Origin: Blochmannia endosymbiont of Camponotus modoc
GTDB lineage: Bacteria; Pseudomonadota; Gammaproteobacteria; Enterobacterales; Enterobacteriaceae
Length of the DNA: 32,000 bases
Assembly: GCF_023585785.1 (NCBI RefSeq)
Contig: NZ_CP097765.1
Coordinates: 30,001 to 62,000, forward strand
Direction: 5' to 3'
The position numbers and the translations under genes were made by a program. This document shows, piece by piece, positions 9,009 to 20,448 of this stretch; position 1 is the first letter of the stretch; the number at the start of each line of letters is the position of its first letter. Under the pieces are notes generated by a model. That model had not been told where the DNA came from, searched no databases, and worked only from the letters and a program-made list of their open reading frames with translations.

Positions 9009-10562
9009 ATGGAATTTTTAACAGACATATCCATGTGGATAGGATTCTTAACTTTAGTAATTTTAGAAATTGTACTTGGCGTCGATAATTTGGTTTTTAT
9101 TGCTATTTTAACAGACAAACTTCCAAAAAAACAACGTGAACGCGCATGTATTATTGGGTTAACATTAGCATTAATAATGCGTATCGCATTATTATCTTTG
9201 ATTTCATGGTTTGTTACCCTTACAAAACCATTGTGCAAAATTGCTACTTTTTCATTTTCTGGTAGAGATTTAATTTTATTATTTGGCGGCATGTTTCTTT
9301 TGTTTAAAGCAACTACTGAATTACATCAACAATTAGAACATAAAGTACATAATCACGCTAGTCGTGGATATGCTAGTTTTTGGGTAGTAGTAATACAAAT
9401 TGTAGTTTTTGATGCTATTTTTTCTCTCGATGCAGTAATAACGGCTGTTGGTACAGTAGAGAATTTGACAATAATGATAATAGCAGTTGTTATAGCAGTA
9501 GTAATAATGTCGCTATCATCTCGTTTATTAACTAATTTCATTAATAGTCATCAGACTGTAGTAGTTTTATGTTTAAGTTTTTTATTAATTATTGGTTTGA
9601 GTTTAATTGCAGAGGGAATTGGATTTTATATACCAAAAGGTTATTTATATGTTGCTATTGGATTTTCGGTATTAATTGAATTATTTAATCAAATTGCTCA
9701 CTGTAATTCCATGAAGGGTCAATCAACCAAATCAATGCGTGAACGCACAGCAGAGGCGATTATGAGGTTAATGGGTAATACAGCTCAATGGAACTTTGAT
9801 ACAGAGAAAAATTCTTCAGTTCTTTTATCAAAAACACATTTTGCTGAAGAGGAGCGCCATATGATTACTGGAGTATTATCGTTAGCTTCACGTACCTTAC
9901 GAAGTATAATGACTCCTAGAAATGAAATTTCGTGGTTAGATTCTCAAAAATCAGTGCAAGAGTTATATTCTACGTTAATGAATACTCCTCATAATATGTT
10001 TCCAGTATGTAACGGTGAATTGGATCAATTAATAGGCATTGTTCGTGCTAAAGATTTAATGGCAGCTATTGCTAATGGAGAGCAGTTAGAAACACATGCT
10101 TCAGAAAATTTGCCCATTGTAGTTCCAGAAACTTTGGATGTCTTAAATTTATTAAAAGAATTGCGGCGTGCAAAAGGAAGTATGGTTGTTGTATCTAATG
10201 AATTTGGTATTATTCAAGGATTAATAACCCCTTTGGATGTATTAGAAGCTATAGCTGGTGAATTTCCTGATGAAGATGAAACACCAGAAATTGAAATAAT
10301 TAATAATGGGACAGGTTGGTTAGCAAAAGGTAGTATGGATCTACATGCATTACAACAGGCGTTACAGGCTCATGATTTGGTGCATGTTTGTGATCACGTA
10401 GCTTCTTTAGCTGGTCTGTTATTATCCCGTTGTGACCGTATACCAAAAGAGGGCGATGTGTTAACAATTAATAGATGGCGTTTTATAATTCGAAAAATGA
10501 TAGAGTATCGCATTGAATTAGTAGAAATAGAATGCCTTTTATTTTTTAATGATACACATTAA
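9009..10562 (+). CDS. yoaE: TerC-family inner membrane protein with CBS pair/CorC-type domain (YoaE-like)
   Basis: [39 protein letters not shown] and a C-terminal [21 protein letters not shown]...[11 protein letters not shown]; matches E. coli YoaE. The track start at 8997 is 4 codons upstream. Confidence 0.93.
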   Translation: MEFLTDISMWIGFLTLVILEIVLGVDNLVFIAILTDKLPKKQRERACIIGLTLALIMRIALLSLISWFVTLTKPLCKIATFSFSGRDLILLFGGMFLLFKATTELHQQLEHKVHNHASRGYASFWVVVIQIVVFDAIFSLDAVITAVGTVENLTIMIIAVVIAVVIMSLSSRLLTNFINSHQTVVVLCLSFLLIIGLSLIAEGIGFYIPKGYLYVAIGFSVLIELFNQIAHCNSMKGQSTKSMRERTAEAIMRLMGNTAQWNFDTEKNSSVLLSKTHFAEEERHMITGVLSLASRTLRSIMTPRNEISWLDSQKSVQELYSTLMNTPHNMFPVCNGELDQLIGIVRAKDLMAAIANGEQLETHASENLPIVVPETLDVLNLLKELRRAKGSMVVVSNEFGIIQGLITPLDVLEAIAGEFPDEDETPEIEIINNGTGWLAKGSMDLHALQQALQAHDLVHVCDHVASLAGLLLSRCDRIPKEGDVLTINRWRFIIRKMIEYRIELVEIECLLFFNDTH

Positions 10563-10626
10563 TAAATAGTATTATTAATGTGTATATATGTATGTGTAAT
10601 ACTATAAAATTGTTGATTTAAAGTAG

Positions 10627-12018
10627 TTATTTTAAATAAAATTTTTTTAGTAACGGTAGCAATAAAGTAGAGATTTTGTCTTGCATTTCTTGATATTCTA
10701 CTTCTTCATCGCTTTCGAAAATAATACCGCTCCCTACTGAACAAAACAAATATTGTCTTTCAGCTAACATTGTTCTGATAGCAATATTGGTATCCATATT
10801 ACCACAACAACTTAAATATCCAATACTTCCAGACCAAACGTGCCGACGTTGTGGTTCAAGTTGTTCAATTAATTGCATAACTTGAACTTTGGGGGCTCCA
10901 ATTATAGATCCTCCTGGAAAACATGCGCGTAATAAATCACAAGCAGAAAAATTATTAGAAAGTTCTCCTGTAATGGTACTGATCATATGATGTACCCCTG
11001 GAAATGATCGAATATCAAATAATTTGGACACATGAATACTGCCCGGAACAGCTACTCTTCCAATATCATTTCTTAATAAATCAACAATCATTAAATTTTC
11101 TGATTGATTTTTTGTGGATTTAGATAATTTGATAATTTGGTGATAATCATCTTGTGCGTTTTTTAATCTAGGCAATGTACCTTTAATAGGTTGAGTTTTA
11201 ATTTTTGTATTATGTAACTTTAGAAAACGTTCTGGAGATAAACTGAGTATACTTAATTTGTTTGGTAGTCGAATAAAAGCTGAAAAAGGTGCGTGATTAT
11301 AATGTAACAGATAACGAAATGCTATCCATTCATCTCCTATATATGGAGCAGAGAAACGTTGCGAAAGACATACTTGATAGCAATTTCCTGAAATTATATG
11401 TTTTTGGATAGTATGGAATTTTTGTGCATATTCGGCTCGACTAATGTTACTTTGCCATGGTTGTACGAGATTAAATGATGCATTAGAAACATGATTCTTC
11501 TTATATATATGTTGTTGTTTATATACCCAGGTTAATATTTGATTGGGATTATCGTGAGTAACAAGATAATTTTTACCAAGTTTATGATCTGCAATGATCG
11601 CCCAGCGATACAAACCTATTGCCATATCTGGGAATGAAAGGTCTTGTTCTGCTAATTTTGGCAGTGATTCAATATATCTTGCGAGATCATATCCAAATAC
11701 ACCTAAAAATCCACCTTGAAATGGTAATTGACAATTATTTTCTGGTTTCATACTCATGATATGAGTATATTTTTTTAATAAGATAAATGGGTCTGTATTA
11801 TCAATTTGATGATTTTTATTATCAGAAATTGTAGTGATATTGTTGTGCGTTATTAACGTCAGCGCTGGATCAGTAACTAATATATCAAAACGACTATCTG
11901 GGTGTTTATTATTATGCCCAGAATACAATAACATAGACCATGGTGTATTAGATAAAGGATCAAAAAGATTCAGTATAGTATAAGGATGATAGGGTAATTC
12001 TATAAGATGCATGCCCAT
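10627..12018 (-). CDS. pabB: Aminodeoxychorismate synthase component I
   Basis: ELPFQGGFLGVFGYDLAR, SGNCYQVCLSQRF, PIKGTLPR, NLMIVDLLRNDIGRVA, FPGGSIIGAPKVQVMQLIEQLEPQRR; conserved chorismate-binding enzyme motifs, closer to PabB than TrpE; in the yoaE neighbourhood. Confidence 0.94.
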   Translation of the reverse strand: MGMHLIELPYHPYTILNLFDPLSNTPWSMLLYSGHNNKHPDSRFDILVTDPALTLITHNNITTISDNKNHQIDNTDPFILLKKYTHIMSMKPENNCQLPFQGGFLGVFGYDLARYIESLPKLAEQDLSFPDMAIGLYRWAIIADHKLGKNYLVTHDNPNQILTWVYKQQHIYKKNHVSNASFNLVQPWQSNISRAEYAQKFHTIQKHIISGNCYQVCLSQRFSAPYIGDEWIAFRYLLHYNHAPFSAFIRLPNKLSILSLSPERFLKLHNTKIKTQPIKGTLPRLKNAQDDYHQIIKLSKSTKNQSENLMIVDLLRNDIGRVAVPGSIHVSKLFDIRSFPGVHHMISTITGELSNNFSACDLLRACFPGGSIIGAPKVQVMQLIEQLEPQRRHVWSGSIGYLSCCGNMDTNIAIRTMLAERQYLFCSVGSGIIFESDEEVEYQEMQDKISTLLLPLLKKFYLK

Positions 12019-12384
12019 TTAAAACAGACGTTTCCTTTATGATTTTAAGAATGTATATTGATTATGTATATAACATTTGATTGTTATTATTTTTAGAAAA
12101 TGAAGAATATTTAAAATTTATGTTGTTGCACGTATCAGATTTAATTATTGTATATGTATTTTATTTTAGAATACTTCAAAAATTACATGATTAGCATATC
12201 TATATTGTTGCGCTAAAATACTTGATCATTATATCATCGATATGATTAAAATATTAGTATAATTTCTAGTTTTAATCATTTTAGTTGGTTTAGTAAAATT
12301 TTATATTTTACTATAAGTAAAATATAATATATGCAATACATTTATAATTTTATTTTTATACAATTTCATTTTTATTTACGTGAT

Positions 12385-13098
12385 ATGTCTACTCGAATTT
12401 TGGCTTTTGATACTAGCACTGAATTGTGTTCTGTTGCTGTAATGATCAATCATAGCATATATGATCACAAAATTATAGCTCCAAGGAGTCATTCAGAAAA
12501 TATATTACCTATGATTAATCAATTATTAATAGACGCAGGTGTTACCTTACAATCTTTGGATTGTATTGTATTTAATAGAGGACCGGGTAGTTTTGCGGGG
12601 ATACGTATTGGGATAAGCGTCGCACAAGGCTTAGCGTTAGGAGCAGATTTACCGTTAGTAGAGGTATCTTCTTTGGAAGTACTAGCGCAAGGGGCTTGGC
12701 GTATTTTTTCTGTTAAACAAGTTATATCCACTATTGATGCGCGTATGGGTGAGTTGTATTGGGCTCGTTATTATCGAATGAGCGACGATAGTTGTTGGGT
12801 ACGTAGTGACAATGAGTCTGTTACAAATCCGGAAATAATTGCAAAAAAATTAATATATTATGGTTCCCAGAAGATACAGGGTAACTGGGCTCTTGTAGGA
12901 ACAGGTTGGAATAACTATCTAATGTTGAAATGCATAAGAATGCCTGGTGGGATTGATTTAAAGAAAAGTGTCATGTCACCCGAAGCACAGGACATGTTGC
13001 CTTTAGGTATATGTAGTTGGAGAAATAAAATATTTATTAATCCAAATCAGGCGCAACCTGTTTATTTGCGTAATGTAGTAGTTGTAAAGAAAAAATGA
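12385..13098 (+). CDS. tsaB: tRNA threonylcarbamoyladenosine biosynthesis protein TsaB (YeaZ)
   Basis: MSTRILAFDTSTELCSVAV..., HSENILPMI, NRGPGSFAGIRIGISVAQGLA; typical TsaB. The track start at 12331 carries 18 extra non-homologous codons. Confidence 0.93.
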   Translation: MSTRILAFDTSTELCSVAVMINHSIYDHKIIAPRSHSENILPMINQLLIDAGVTLQSLDCIVFNRGPGSFAGIRIGISVAQGLALGADLPLVEVSSLEVLAQGAWRIFSVKQVISTIDARMGELYWARYYRMSDDSCWVRSDNESVTNPEIIAKKLIYYGSQKIQGNWALVGTGWNNYLMLKCIRMPGGIDLKKSVMSPEAQDMLPLGICSWRNKIFINPNQAQPVYLRNVVVVKKK

Positions 13099-13458
13099 TA
13101 TCTAGTTTTTAATAATGGTTATCAATGATAATAATAATGTTAGACGTCGCATATTTTAATAATTTTTTACGTAAGAGTATATATATTTATTATATTTTAG
13201 CATTGCAATATGATTATTTATAGAATTGTTTTACAATATTAATGTGTGGTTGTATTTTTCATTTTTTACTGTAATTTGGATTTTTGCAATAAAAATTTTT
13301 TATTGGATATTGATTAAATAAAATAAGGAGATATAACAAAGTTGTTGTAATTTTATTTTTTTATATGTCAATGTAATCTTCTTTTATACCGACAGAACAT
13401 TGTTGTTCAATAGTATCGATAAATTTTTTTAATTGAAAATTGGAATTAATTGTACGAT

Positions 13459-13722
13459 TTATTGTGTTTCTTCATTAAAAAAAATTATCTTACATTTTAA
13501 AATAGATGTATTGTTGTCTTTTTTTTCTAATTGGATTGAAAGTATGCGTGGATTATGTATATATTTACTTATTGTTTGGACTAAATCTTTTTTTAATTGA
13601 GGTAAAAAATATGGAGTAAAATTATTTCTAATGTTATGTTCAGAAATAATTTCTTGTAGTCTTTTTTTAGCGATGTTGGCCGGTGTTTTTTTTTTAAAAA
13701 AAAAGAAATTTACTAATACCAT
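13459..13722 (-). CDS. minE: Cell division topological specificity factor MinE
   Basis: MVLVNFFFFKKKTPANIAKKRLQEIISEHN...YFLPQLKKDLVQTISKYI; MinE fold, adjacent to minD. Start at 13722 preferred over the track start at 13776. Confidence 0.92.
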   Translation of the reverse strand: MVLVNFFFFKKKTPANIAKKRLQEIISEHNIRNNFTPYFLPQLKKDLVQTISKYIHNPRILSIQLEKKDNNTSILKCKIIFFNEETQ

Positions 13723-13729
13723 GATAGTA

Positions 13730-14542
13730 TTATCTCTTGAAAAATCGTTTAAAAAAATTGAGTTTTTTTTCTTCAATAAAGCGTAAAGGACATGGGTTGC
13801 CTAACAAACGATCTACTGTATCTGAATAGGCTTGTCCTGCGTGCGATTTTGAATCCAAAATAATTGGTTCACCTTGATTAGATGCTTTTAATACTGATTT
13901 ATCTTCTGGTATAACACCTAATACAGGAATTCTTAATATCTCTATTACATCTTCTAAACTAAGCATATCTCCTCGTCGAACGCGGCTAGGATTATATCGA
14001 GTTAGTAATAGGTGTTCTTTGATTGTGTCTATACCATTTTCAGAACGTTTAGACTGAGATGCTAAAATACCTAGTATGCGATCTGAGTCATGTACTGATG
14101 AAATTTCTGGATTGGTAGTAACAATGGCTTCGTCTGCAAAATATAGAGCTGTTACAGCTCCGCTATCAATACCTGCAGGAGAATCACATATTATAAATTC
14201 AAAGTTCATTTTATTAAGATTATTTAATATTTTTTCTACTCCAACCCGAGTTAAAGAATTTTTATCGCGTGTTTGTGAAGCAGGTAGAATATATAAATAA
14301 TCAGTGTGTTTATCTTTAATTAATGCTTGATGTAAAGTGGCTTCACCTTGGATGACATTAATAAAATCATACACTACTCTACGTTCGCATCCCATGATTA
14401 AATCGAGATTACGCAATCCAATATCGAAATCAATGACAGCAGTTTTTTTACCTTTACGTGCTAGTCCAGTAGCGAGAGCTGCGCTTGATGTTGTTTTACC
14501 TACTCCTCCTTTTCCTGAAGTAATAACTATTATTCGCGTCAT
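13730..14542 (-). CDS. minD: Septum site-determining ATPase MinD
   Basis: MTRIIVITSGKGGVGKTTSSAALATGLA deviant Walker A; C-terminal amphipathic FFKRFFKR. ATG at 14542; the track begins at a TTG two codons upstream. Confidence 0.96.
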   Translation of the reverse strand: MTRIIVITSGKGGVGKTTSSAALATGLARKGKKTAVIDFDIGLRNLDLIMGCERRVVYDFINVIQGEATLHQALIKDKHTDYLYILPASQTRDKNSLTRVGVEKILNNLNKMNFEFIICDSPAGIDSGAVTALYFADEAIVTTNPEISSVHDSDRILGILASQSKRSENGIDTIKEHLLLTRYNPSRVRRGDMLSLEDVIEILRIPVLGVIPEDKSVLKASNQGEPIILDSKSHAGQAYSDTVDRLLGNPCPLRFIEEKKLNFFKRFFKR

Positions 14543-14567
14543 AAACAAATCCTTATCGCAGAATACA

Positions 14568-15248
14568 TTATAAATTTTGAATGATAAGCATATCGTCTTT
14601 TAAACTAAGTCTTACCGATTTACCTGAAAATTCTTTTGGAATTTGATCGCTTAGCCAATAACGCCCTCCAATAGATACTAGTTCAGGAGATAAACGAGTA
14701 CAAAAAATTTGGGATTCTTTACTACCAGATGCACCGGCTAATACCCTTCCTCTCATCGTACCATAAATATGGATATTTCCGTCGGCAATAATTTCAGCTC
14801 CAGCATTAACATTTGCAATAACAATTAAATCTCTGTTGCGAGCGTATATTTTTTGTCCAGAACGTATTGGTGTATTGATTAATTGTGTTTTAGAGATTAT
14901 TGGAATTTTTTTTTGTAAGCATTCTGAACAATATTTATATCTTATAGAAGTTCCTTGAGTAAGAATAGGTATTCCACTACGAATTATTATTTCTTTTAAT
15001 TTGTTATCATGACAACAGCATACTCCAACTATAAATAATCCAGCATCAGATATTGTTCGACACAGAGCATCCCAATTGTTACAATAATTAAGATTACCAA
15101 CATTTATAACAACTGGGGTGTTTTTTAATAAAAAAAAGGGAGCTTTTTTTATTTTTTCTTCTAATGATCGACGAACTACCCCTATACACGTACTATAGAC
15201 ATGTATCACCAATAATGTAAAATTACTCCCTTTTATACTAATAGACAC
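14568..15248 (-). CDS. minC: Septum formation inhibitor MinC (GTG start)
   Basis: C-terminal half LINTPIRSGQKIYARNRDLIVIANVNAGAEIIADGNIHIYGTMRGRVLAGASG, ELVSIGGRYWLSDQIP matches MinC; immediately upstream of minD. Confidence 0.94.
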   Translation of the reverse strand: MSISIKGSNFTLLVIHVYSTCIGVVRRSLEEKIKKAPFFLLKNTPVVINVGNLNYCNNWDALCRTISDAGLFIVGVCCCHDNKLKEIIIRSGIPILTQGTSIRYKYCSECLQKKIPIISKTQLINTPIRSGQKIYARNRDLIVIANVNAGAEIIADGNIHIYGTMRGRVLAGASGSKESQIFCTRLSPELVSIGGRYWLSDQIPKEFSGKSVRLSLKDDMLIIQNL

Positions 15249-15952
15249 ATTGATCTTTCACAATTTAGATACACATGCATATACCTATATGCAACATGAT
15301 TATTTGTACGAACGTATATTTATTTATTATTCGTTTTATGATTTATATATATTAATTTTTATTTTTTAAATTATAGAATACTATCGCGCCTATAGTAGAA
15401 TAGGTGAAATGATGACATATCAATAAAAATTAATTAATGACCATACATAGTTAAATAACTACCGTAGTATAATGTATTTTATCGGTGTAGTAAATATGAC
15501 ATATTTAAAATTGTACGATATTAATGATTGTTTATTTTTATAAATTATCAGGATAACTATATTTTTTGTTAACATGAAATTAAGGCTAATATATTGTCAT
15601 AGTATATTGGTAACATAATTTTTACTTTTTAAAATTTTAGATATTAATGTAATATATACACTTTATAAAAGTTTTAAAACAATAAGAAATACTGATAATA
15701 ATATTATTTCAAAAGTGTATATTATGTAGAGCAATATACATTTGGGTTGGTTTTATTAAACAATATTTTTTGAGTAAATATATGCTAGAATCAGTCAGTA
15801 TATTTTATATTGATGATTTCTCAGTACGCACACAATTAAGGTAGTAGGTGACCTCAATAAAGATTGATGATAATACATAATTTTGTGTTTTATGTATAAA
15901 TAAGTAATACATGTTCTTAAATGCAAAAATTGGTATGAATTTTATTTATATT

Positions 15953-16477
15953 CTATTTATTATTATATTTTTGGAGATCAATAATTTGTGATAGCGATAC
16001 GAGTATCGCTATTATTAAGTAGTTAGCAAAAATTATAAGCATCCACTGAGATATTTCTAACGATAAAAAGTACCATTTATATTCAGCGCAATTACCATCA
16101 GCATCAAACATACTAGGCCACCACTTATTTAAAGGTAACCAATGAGGAAATTGTACAAACAAATCACACATTAAAAATGGGGATGGATGTAATTGAATAT
16201 CAGTATATTCTTTAGCTAGCAACAATCCTTTCCAAGCGCTGTATATCCAAATTGGGATAGAAAAAAATCTTAAAGGAGTAAATGGAGCAATTGTTCCAAC
16301 CAATCCAGCAATTCCTATGCCACATAAAGCGCATCTTTGGTAAACACATAATACGCAAGGTTTTATTAACACAATGTGTTGTAAATATAAGGCTATTAAC
16401 TCTAAAATAACAACGGTAAATATTAACAAAACCCAGCTTTTTCTAGTTTTAGAGCAAATATTTAAAAAATTCAACAT
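15953..16477 (-). CDS. dsbB: Disulfide bond formation protein B
   Basis: Four-helix membrane protein with the KPCVLCVYQRC CxxC pair and the second pair in CDLF...GNCAE; matches DsbB. Confidence 0.94.
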   Translation of the reverse strand: MLNFLNICSKTRKSWVLLIFTVVILELIALYLQHIVLIKPCVLCVYQRCALCGIGIAGLVGTIAPFTPLRFFSIPIWIYSAWKGLLLAKEYTDIQLHPSPFLMCDLFVQFPHWLPLNKWWPSMFDADGNCAEYKWYFLSLEISQWMLIIFANYLIIAILVSLSQIIDLQKYNNK

Positions 16478-16856
16478 AAATAATTACCTAAAATTAAAAC
16501 AATTTAGATTGATGTATTTTAATATTTTTTAAAAAATAAAAAATTTGATATCATCAAATCTTTTGTGTATTAAAGTTATTGCACATGATATATGTGTAAT
16601 TATGTATACATTTAAATCTTGATAAGACTATCAAATTAGAAACAATGAGACAAGTACAATAATTTAATTTACATTTATTTGTGGCCAATAGTATTAAAAT
16701 ATTAATATTTATAATCTTTCCAATCAGGATTAATTGGATAGTTTAGATTTATAAACGTGTAAATGATCATATTGTATGTTTCATAATATGAATTAATAAA
16801 ATTTTTATAGTTTTCACATTTTATTAATTCTTATTTATATTTCAAATATTTAATTG

Positions 16857-16901
16857 ATAAGAGATGTTATTTGAGAATGTTGCAGAGATAACATCTCTTA
16901 T
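16857..16901 (-). terminator. Probable 3' hairpin/terminator of gapA
   Basis: Perfect 14-bp inverted repeat ATAAGAGATGTTAT (16857-16870) / ATAACATCTCTTAT (16888-16901), 17-nt loop, about 85 nt past the gapA stop. Only a weak U-tract follows. Confidence 0.6.
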
Positions 16902-16986
16902 TTGACAGTCATTAAACTGTTTTTATTTGATTCTAATCATTAATGAGACTACCTATGTAATAGGTTGAAATGTTTATCGGATAATA

Positions 16987-17991
<1,005 letters not shown>

Positions 17992-18137
17992 TTATATGCT
18001 CCTGTTTTAATTGTGATTATATGTTATGTTGTACATTTTAAATGCAGACATGGAATATTGTTTTATGTATCGAACTCTCAATAAGAATTATTTTAATAAC
18101 TTAAAAGTAATATGCGTATTTAATTTTTTGATATTTC

Positions 18138-18185
18138 ATATATTACATATTAGTGATATTATCATATCACTAATATGTAATATAT
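18138..18185. repeat. Perfect 22-bp inverted repeat with 4-nt loop between sppA and gapA
   Basis: ATATATTACATATTAGTGATAT (18138-18159), TATC, ATATCACTAATATGTAATATAT (18164-18185). Confidence 0.9.
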
Positions 18186-18362
18186 TTAATTTTTGATAGT
18201 TACGTGTATTTTGTAATTTATTATGATCTAATAATATAAATATATTTTTAGATTACGTTTTTTATAAGTATTAAAGTTAAATGAATTTATTAATGTAATT
18301 TTTTGTGATTGAATCATCATTTTGTAATTCTATAAGTATGTAAATAAAATTTTTATTATATA

Positions 18363-20231
18363 TTATAATTGTTCTAAATAATTTAAATCAAGAGCATAGC
18401 AATTTTTTGGATCATTCCATGAAAATTGCGGGATGTTGAGGTTATTTATTTTTATATTATTATTAAAATTAATTAATGAAACATAATGATTTAATAAATT
18501 TATAATTATAGTGTGAATAACTTTATTAGTTTGTTGTATTAAAATATCTATCCAATTTATTTTATTTTCGTACCAATTTAGTTGATATTCTTTTAAGTGA
18601 GCTAGTTCGATAGCTTTATTTATTGCGTCATCTAAATCTCCTATATTGTCAATTAATCCATTTTTTATTGCATCATAACCAAGCCATACATGGCCTTGAG
18701 CAATTTTATGGATATCTTCTGTAGTTTTACAGCGAGATTCAGCCACAGTGTTAATAAAATAATGATAGCTGGTATCTACATAAAGTTGCATCATGTTTAT
18801 ATATTCAGTAGGTAGCGGGGTAGTTATTGAAATATTTGATATAGGGGATGTATTTATTCCATCACTATGAATACCGATGGTGTCAAGAGATTTTTCAAAT
18901 GTATTAATAATACCAAATATACCGATAGAACCTGTAATAGTACTGTTACTTGCAATAATAACATTGGCTGGAGTTGATATCCAATATCCGCCAGATGCTG
19001 CTATGCTACCCATAGAAACCACTACTGGTTTACCAGAATCTCTGAAAGCTATTAATTCTAATCGAATTAATTCAGAAGCATTTACGCTTCCACCGGGGCT
19101 ATTGACACGAAGTACTATTGCTTTTATTTTAGGATCAAACCGAGCGCTGCGAATTTTATGTGCTATAGTATCACCACCAATTGAACCTGGTATATCAGGT
19201 CCATCCACAATAGGGCCATTAATACATATTATTGCTATTTGGTTATCTTGTTTTGTAGGAGCTACAAGATTATAATCATACATGCTAATTGCATTAAACG
19301 AAGTGCCTTGTTTATTAGATCCAAATATTTCTTTCATCGTATTTTCTATAACAAAATGGGATGCGATTTCATCGATCCATTTATTTTTGAGTGCATAAGC
19401 TGCAGTATCGCCTTGCATTTGATGCAATTCATTTAGCATATTGTTAATGCCTGGAAAAATTGCTTGTGTTGTTGTATTACGATTAATAGATATTATTTTT
19501 AAATATTGATCCCATAAGCGATTTACCAATTTTGTTTCTTCATGTCGTACATGATCAGACATTTGATCTTGAATAAATGGTTCAACGGCAGATTTATATG
19601 TACCTACTCTAAAAATATGAGTATTAATTTTTAAATTATCTAATAGAGATTTATAATATAACTTGTTGGTGGAAATTCCTCGTAAATCTACAAATCCATG
19701 TGGTGTGAGATAAATTTTATTGGAATAACTAGCGAGCAAATACTGTGATTGATTGTAATAATCAGAAATAGCATAAATTGGTTTGCCAGATTCTTTGAAT
19801 TCACGTAATGCTTTACCAATATATTCTAATGATGTTTGATTGCTTCCATAAAAGTTTTTTAATGATAATATCAATCCAGTTATATGTGGATCATTTTTGG
19901 CTTGACGTAATATATTAATAATATCAAATAGCGAGTTTTCTTTAGCATTTGATTTATTTGTATTTAATAAATGTTGACTGAATTTTTGAAATTTACTGTA
20001 TGTCACTGGTTTATCTACAATAATACCAGAAAGATCTAGAATTAATGCAGAGTATTTTGATAATGAGGTAGAAGAATCACGTAAATTTAAATATATTCCC
20101 ACACTAATCATAATGAAAATTATGAAAAATATATTTATTATTATTGTTCGTATTAAATATAGTGTACGCACGCTATATCTAAGTATTTTATAAATGATTT
20201 TCCATATATTTTGAATGAACGATTTTATCAT
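18363..20231 (-). CDS. sppA: Signal peptide peptidase SppA (protease IV)
   Basis: VGTYKSAVEPF (catalytic Lys region), VLRVNSPGGSVNASELIR, VVVSMGSIAASGGYWIS (catalytic Ser). The track start at 20240 is also possible. Confidence 0.94.
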   Translation of the reverse strand: MIKSFIQNIWKIIYKILRYSVRTLYLIRTIIINIFFIIFIMISVGIYLNLRDSSTSLSKYSALILDLSGIIVDKPVTYSKFQKFSQHLLNTNKSNAKENSLFDIINILRQAKNDPHITGLILSLKNFYGSNQTSLEYIGKALREFKESGKPIYAISDYYNQSQYLLASYSNKIYLTPHGFVDLRGISTNKLYYKSLLDNLKINTHIFRVGTYKSAVEPFIQDQMSDHVRHEETKLVNRLWDQYLKIISINRNTTTQAIFPGINNMLNELHQMQGDTAAYALKNKWIDEIASHFVIENTMKEIFGSNKQGTSFNAISMYDYNLVAPTKQDNQIAIICINGPIVDGPDIPGSIGGDTIAHKIRSARFDPKIKAIVLRVNSPGGSVNASELIRLELIAFRDSGKPVVVSMGSIAASGGYWISTPANVIIASNSTITGSIGIFGIINTFEKSLDTIGIHSDGINTSPISNISITTPLPTEYINMMQLYVDTSYHYFINTVAESRCKTTEDIHKIAQGHVWLGYDAIKNGLIDNIGDLDDAINKAIELAHLKEYQLNWYENKINWIDILIQQTNKVIHTIIINLLNHYVSLINFNNNIKINNLNIPQFSWNDPKNCYALDLNYLEQL

Positions 20232-20448
20232 TAAAAACATTATACAATATCCACATGAATTTTATATTTTCACACTTAAATCAAATTAGGTATTACATAA
20301 TACGCATAAATTAAATGAAAATTATGAAATTTTCATGATTTTATTAATTTTTACATATATAAAAATTAAAAATTTCCAGTGAAATTATACCATATTAGTA
20401 GTTAAGGTTTATATGAAATGATTTCCGCGTGACGTAAGTAAGTATATA

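Noticed and set aside
13288-13306. CAATAAAAATTTTTTATTG palindrome considered as the minE terminator
   Set aside because: Almost no loop and A/T-only stem; indistinguishable from chance in this composition.
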